64,000 nt of DNA, from contig MESW01000008.1 in assembly GCA_001771135.1 (NCBI GenBank), positions 87,630 to 151,629 on the forward strand, in the 5' to 3' direction. A program made the translations under genes and the position numbers. The notes beneath the pieces were generated by a model, which did not search any database, was not told where the DNA came from, and worked only from the letters and a program-made list of their open reading frames with translations. Source of the DNA: a candidate division CPR3 bacterium GWF2_35_18 (GTDB lineage: Bacteria > Patescibacteriota > CPR3 > GWF2-35-18). Position 1 is the first letter of the stretch, and each line of letters opens with the position of its first letter. Of the stretch, positions 59,951 through 64,000 are shown in pieces.

Positions 59951-60147
59951 TCTTCTTTTTCTTTGCTTTCTAATATTGTTTCAATATCTTTTGGATCGTA
60001 ACGTCTATCACCACGCTTGCTTACAATGATCGCTTTTAATCTGCCACTTTTATCCCATCGTCTTAGTGTTTCCACATGAACATTTAATATATCTGCTACT
60101 TGACGGATATTTAATAATTTTGGTAGGGACGTATTTTTCTTCTGCAT
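59947..60147 (-). CDS. Small HTH DNA-binding protein (excisionase/AlpA/MerR-like)
   Basis: LLNIRQVADILNVHVETLRRWDKSGRLKAI. 4-nt overlap with the STAND gene. Confidence 0.6.
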   Translation of the reverse strand: MQKKNTSLPKLLNIRQVADILNVHVETLRRWDKSGRLKAIIVSKRGDRRYDPKDIETILESKEKEE

Positions 60148-60392
60148 AACTCAACTTAATTATACATTATTTTTGTAAAAGATAAATTATTTTTATAGTA
60201 ACTTCGTTTGTGATTAAAAGCAGATTGTAATATAATCTATCTATAAAATTCAGCGGCGAAACAATGGTTTTTACAACCAGTCTCAAACCTAAAAGTGGGG
60301 CAATCCCATTGGGTTTGAGGCTTCGCCGCTGAAAAACACCAGGGGTTGTCCCGCTTTTCGTTTGGGCACCCCAACTAATAAATTAAAGGAGG

Positions 60393-60908
60393 TTGCTCAT
60401 GGAAGATAATCAAAATCAAAACACTCAGCCAATAATTGAAAAGAAATCGTTGATAAATAAAAAGAACGTAACTTTCCTCCTTATAATTATTGGTATTATT
60501 AGTCTTGTAGGCTTGTCTAAGCTATTTTCAGCAGCAAGTAATACACTTGACGATGCTAACGTAAGGAGACAACAGGAAGAGATACAAAAAGAAGCAGAGA
60601 AAGATGAATTTAATAGAAAAAGAGACCTACTACGTGCAAACCTAAAAGAAGTACTCTTACAGCAGGATAGTATATTTACGCAATTTCAAATGGAAACTAT
60701 AAGTGATTATGTTTCCCTGGAGTTAACCGTTTCTGATAGTTGGTATTATACTGAGAAGTATTTACAAGATAGAATTTTAGATGATGCTTTCCAAACGTAT
60801 AATCTACTTGCAGTCAAACATGGACTTAGAACTGAAGGCGATCTTGCGTGGCCTATAAACATAGTGGACGAATACGGTGTTGAATTAGCAAAAAAGGGTC
60901 GGCTCTAA
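60393..60908 (+). CDS. Hypothetical membrane-anchored protein
   Basis: AAAGGAGG RBS. One TM helix. Coiled-coil segment. Confidence 0.45.
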   Translation: MLMEDNQNQNTQPIIEKKSLINKKNVTFLLIIIGIISLVGLSKLFSAASNTLDDANVRRQQEEIQKEAEKDEFNRKRDLLRANLKEVLLQQDSIFTQFQMETISDYVSLELTVSDSWYYTEKYLQDRILDDAFQTYNLLAVKHGLRTEGDLAWPINIVDEYGVELAKKGRL

Positions 60909-60956
60909 ATTATATGATATTTGAAATCTACTAAGGCTTAGTCTCTCTATCATTGG

Positions 60957-61463
60957 CTACTCATTTTGGGACAGTAATTCTATAGCTTTATCTAAACACT
61001 TAGCAATTTCATCTTTATGTGGTGATTGTCTGATTTCGTTTGCAACTTCAGCACTAGAGAGATAACCAACTTTCGGTAAGAATATACCTTCATTCAATAT
61101 GCTGGGGTAAAGCTCTTTCTCGGCTTTGAACAGGTTTACGAAGGCAAGAATTAAGCGATAATCGTCAATACCGTTAAAATCTGTTTCAGATAATTTCGAT
61201 AATAATTTGTCAGTAATGTTTTTTATTATTTTAGTCTGTCTATTCCTAACTTCATAAATTGATAAATCTTGACTATCCAACACACTACTTTCAATTTCTT
61301 TAAGCCTTTTTTTTCTTTCTTCGAACCACATTTCTTTAGAAGCCTTGTCCTTCACCGTTCCCAAAGGAATATCATATTTTTCTGATACCATGGAGACGGT
61401 TATTGTTTCCGAAGAAAAGTAATATTTTTTTAGCGTTAGCCAATCAATAGTTGTTTTTGCCAT
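60957..61463 (-). CDS. Hypothetical protein (phage-like region)
   Basis: Clean 168-aa ORF. Confidence 0.4.
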   Translation of the reverse strand: MAKTTIDWLTLKKYYFSSETITVSMVSEKYDIPLGTVKDKASKEMWFEERKKRLKEIESSVLDSQDLSIYEVRNRQTKIIKNITDKLLSKLSETDFNGIDDYRLILAFVNLFKAEKELYPSILNEGIFLPKVGYLSSAEVANEIRQSPHKDEIAKCLDKAIELLSQNE

Positions 61464-61503
61464 TTTGGTTCAGTAAAAGCATGTCATTATGCTATTATAT
61501 GCT

Positions 61504-61532
61504 TGACAAGCATTACATACTAGTATATACTA
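61504..61532 (+). promoter_or_regulatory. Sigma70 promoter for 61556 gene
   Basis: TTGACA-17nt-TATACT. Confidence 0.4.
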
Positions 61533-61555
61533 ACCTAAATTTGAGGTCAAATAAA

Positions 61556-61888
61556 ATGAGCGATTTAAAATCCAAAGACGAGCTTAAAAGCTATTTCAGA
61601 AAATATAGTATCAAAAAAATCCAACTATTGAATGAGATTTCCAAAGGACTTTCTACCACATTTGGCTTAAAGGAAACTATAAAAATGGACGTTAAACCCT
61701 TGGGTGGACAAATCTCGTCTTTAGTAAGAACTCAAATTGATGGTGAGCCACTCATACAGCCAGTAGCAAGGGATGAAAAGTATGGTATTATCTGGAAATC
61801 TAATGACAGAATTGCTTCCAAAGAAACTATAAATCAGGCTACTAGCGAGATATTAAAAGAGGTTAACGAATGGCAAAAGAGCAAATAA
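61556..61888 (+). CDS. Hypothetical protein
   Basis: ATG at 61556 after the promoter. The track ORF from 61451 likely starts too early. Confidence 0.4.
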   Translation: MSDLKSKDELKSYFRKYSIKKIQLLNEISKGLSTTFGLKETIKMDVKPLGGQISSLVRTQIDGEPLIQPVARDEKYGIIWKSNDRIASKETINQATSEILKEVNEWQKSK

Positions 61889-62067
61889 AAACTCTCGGAG
61901 AACTATTTGAAGAATTGAAAACGGTGTCAGGAACATTTTCTCAATACATATGGCAACAACCTATTAGTCTCATCTTTGATGAAAATAACGGTAAGTTGTT
62001 GGTGTACGAAGGTGGAAAAGAATTAAGAAATAGACTTTTTATTCGAAAACTATCAAAAAATAAATAA
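61870..62067 (+). CDS. Hypothetical small protein
   Basis: Overlapping start. 65 aa. Confidence 0.3.
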   Translation: MAKEQIKTLGELFEELKTVSGTFSQYIWQQPISLIFDENNGKLLVYEGGKELRNRLFIRKLSKNK

Positions 62068-62402
62068 TTATTCTGAAGTATGATGAAGAGCCAAGAATTG
62101 AAATAAGGCTCTTTCTCTAAAGTGAATTGGAAAAGGCACGATTATAATATCGTGCTTTTTTTTATTTGCTTTGTCGTAGAGGGTCCGACCGTTGCGGATG
62201 TTTGGGCGACGTAAAACAAAATCAAACAAAGATTAACGGCGACCGACCGAAGCGACCGACGGTGATTATTAAAAAGCCAGATGGAAACTTCAGAGATAAT
62301 TTTCTATCTCTAAGAATACATCTAGATATAGATATCACCAGAGGGAGCGAGGGAGGGAAGGGATGAAAGTATTAGGGTATTCAGGAAAAGGCGGAGCCTT
62401 TT

Positions 62403-62558
62403 ATGAGTCGACAAAGTGACAACAAAAACACAAAACAGGTCCGAATTGATGCCGAACTGCATAAATTACTAAAGATTGAAGCAGCTGAGACTAGAAGCAC
62501 CATCAAAAGGCTAATAGAGTCTATTATTTTGGAATCGTATGACCCTACTACTAACAAA
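62403..62558 (+). CDS. Ribbon-helix-helix (CopG/Arc-like) DNA-binding protein, 51 aa (not in ORF track)
   Basis: KQVRIDAELHKLLKIEAAETRSTIKRLIESII is a beta-strand-helix-helix pattern. Its stop overlaps the next ATG (TAATG). Confidence 0.45.
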
Positions 62559-62758
62559 TGGAAAAAATAATGGGATTATCAAAACAAGCTGTAAGTGACT
62601 TTAAAAGTGCTTACTTTAAAAGGTACGGAAAAGTTATATCGGATACAGAAGCTCAGGAAAAAGGTCTGGAATTACTAACTTTTTTCAAAATTATTTACAA
62701 GCCAATCCGAACTAGTTCGAATAACGATTGGAAACAAATTGGAGGTAAAAATGAATAA
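62558..62758 (+). CDS. Hypothetical small protein
   Basis: 66-aa ORF coupled to its neighbours. Confidence 0.35.
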   Translation: MEKIMGLSKQAVSDFKSAYFKRYGKVISDTEAQEKGLELLTFFKIIYKPIRTSSNNDWKQIGGKNE

Positions 62759-63014
62759 ATATGAAAAATTAGTCAAAAACTTTGTTCAAAAAGCTAATAG
62801 TGGGATAAGGGTAAGTGCAACTAAAGCCATAAGAATGTACTGTTTAGATTGCATGGGATACCAATATAAAGAGGTTGATAGATGTCCCAGTCAATTAAGA
62901 TGCCCATTATTCCACTTTAGAAAAGGTAAAAATACTACAGGGATATCTAATACTAAAAAGAAGGTATCGGAAATTAGTCTTCGAAATTTATCGGAAAGAA
63001 AATCCAAAGAATGA
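62739..63014 (+). CDS. Hypothetical small zinc-ribbon protein
   Basis: CLDC...CPSQLRCP. Confidence 0.35.
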   Translation: MEVKMNKYEKLVKNFVQKANSGIRVSATKAIRMYCLDCMGYQYKEVDRCPSQLRCPLFHFRKGKNTTGISNTKKKVSEISLRNLSERKSKE

Positions 63015-63195
63015 AACGTAGTGTCAGTTGGAAGCATTATAAAAGAACTCGGTAATAAAACTGTATATTATTGACTTAGAAAACCTACTGTGTGATGATT
63101 AAGTCGTGCTCAACTTAATGAATCGTTTTTTTAGATGGCCGTCTTGGACAACTTGAAGCGATTCATGTTGAGCACAACCAGGGCGGCCTTTTAAG

Positions 63196-64000
63196 TATGA
63201 ATGACCAAACAAATCTACAACAATTAAAGTTTTTCATGTACTGTCGTAAAAGCACGGATAGCGAAGACCGACAAGTTGCTTCTTTGCCTGCTCAGATAAA
63301 AGAGCTCACAGAAATCAAGGATCGTGAGAAGCTAAATATTGTTGATGTATATCAAGAATCTCATTCTGCCTTCCATCCAGGTAGACCAATGTTTAACGAA
63401 ATGCTTGAGAGGATTGAGAATGGTGAAGCTGATAGTGTTTTAGCATGGGCTACCAATCGCATTGCAAGAAACTCAAAAGATTCAGGGGAATTCATTTATT
63501 TAATAGACCAAAAAAAAATAAAGGTTGTCAAAACGAAGGATCGGACTTTCTACAATAATTCTGATGATAAATTCACACTTAATATCGATTTTACAGTAGC
63601 TAAAAAATCCTCAGACGACTTGAGTGCTGTAGTTCAAAGAGGAAATAGAGAAAAGTTTTTCGAAAGACGCGAATGGGGTGGAGTGGCCAAGATTGGATAT
63701 TTGAACTATACAGATCCGATATCAAAAAAGAAGAAGGTAATTTCTGACTCTAGTAGATTCCAGCTTATAAGAGATGCTTTACACCTCATGATTTACAAAG
63801 GTTATACCCCTATGGAGGCTTTGGATGTTCTGAATAATGAATGGCAGTTTACCACCAGAAAGACACTTAAACTCGGCGGTAAACCAATGAGCCGTACCAG
63901 TTGGTATGACATTATTAAAGACTCATTTTATTTTGGTTTAATGGAAAGAAAAGTTGATGGGAAAAAGGAAACTATTATGGGAATTCATGAACCAATGATA
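63196..64000 (+). CDS. Large serine recombinase (partial, continues past window end)
   Basis: N-terminal catalytic motif FMYCRKSTDSEDRQVASLPAQ (the YxRxST serine-recombinase nucleophile) followed by a recombinase-domain region. No stop codon before 64000. Confidence 0.8.

Larger units (their letters stand above)
59947..64000. mobile_element. Putative integrative element / prophage remnant (boundaries not determinable)
   Basis: Serine recombinase, excisionase-like HTH, RHH protein and many small unknown genes. Adjacent defence cluster. Confidence 0.4.

Noticed and set aside
62166-62366. Track ORF 62166-62366(+) (MLCRRGSDRCGCLG...).
   Set aside because: GC-rich repeat-containing spacer. No RBS. 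Implausible composition.

Overview
The window reads as a low-GC, small-genome, monoderm-like bacterium, plausibly Patescibacteria (CPR). That assignment is inference from gene content and the Firmicute-style T-boxes. The standard genetic code is in use, because the long ORFs are uninterrupted. The layout is: (1) 0.3-14 kb, a type IV pilus locus. It holds five prepilin-type pilins with G|FTL(I/V)ELL cleavage motifs, a prepilin peptidase, a PilX-like minor pilin, four large secreted or membrane proteins of unusual content, then PilM-PilN-PilO. No secretin is present. (2) 14-22.4 kb, a minus-strand housekeeping block: KH protein, rpsP, rnc, nusB, rpmF, rsmD, recG, tyrS. A clear T-box riboswitch controls an unknown 396-aa protein directly upstream of tyrS. 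(3) 23-35 kb: a class A PBP, a sugar nucleotidyltransferase, and the conserved thrS-infC-rpmI-rplT-pheS-pheT cluster. That cluster carries a second T-box on thrS with an ACC (Thr) specifier, and infC appears to start at a non-AUG codon (AUA). Bacterioferritin, tRNA-Val(GAC) and trigger factor follow. (4) 36-46 kb, an accessory metabolic region: two tandem XRE regulators, M20 peptidase, ROK kinase, two tandem HAD phosphatases and a distant paralog pair of unknown proteins. It includes a visibly GC-richer island (about 41.6-46.3 kb) with a class-IV aminotransferase-like gene, two receiver-like small proteins and about 1 kb of structured non-coding DNA. (5) 46-53 kb: purB, purA and assorted small hydrolases. 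(6) 53-64 kb, a defence and mobile region: a restriction endonuclease with a beta-class DNA methyltransferase, a 1262-aa nuclease-STAND-NTPase-repeat protein (Avs-like), an excisionase-like HTH, small phage-like genes and a large serine recombinase running off the window end. No CRISPR array or rRNA is seen. The strongest candidates for undescribed biology are two: the secreted module embedded in the pilus operon (an S74 self-cleaving fibre protein, a Cys-rich protein, an alpha-toroid protein and a beta-helix protein), and the T-box-controlled unknown protein coupled to tyrS.
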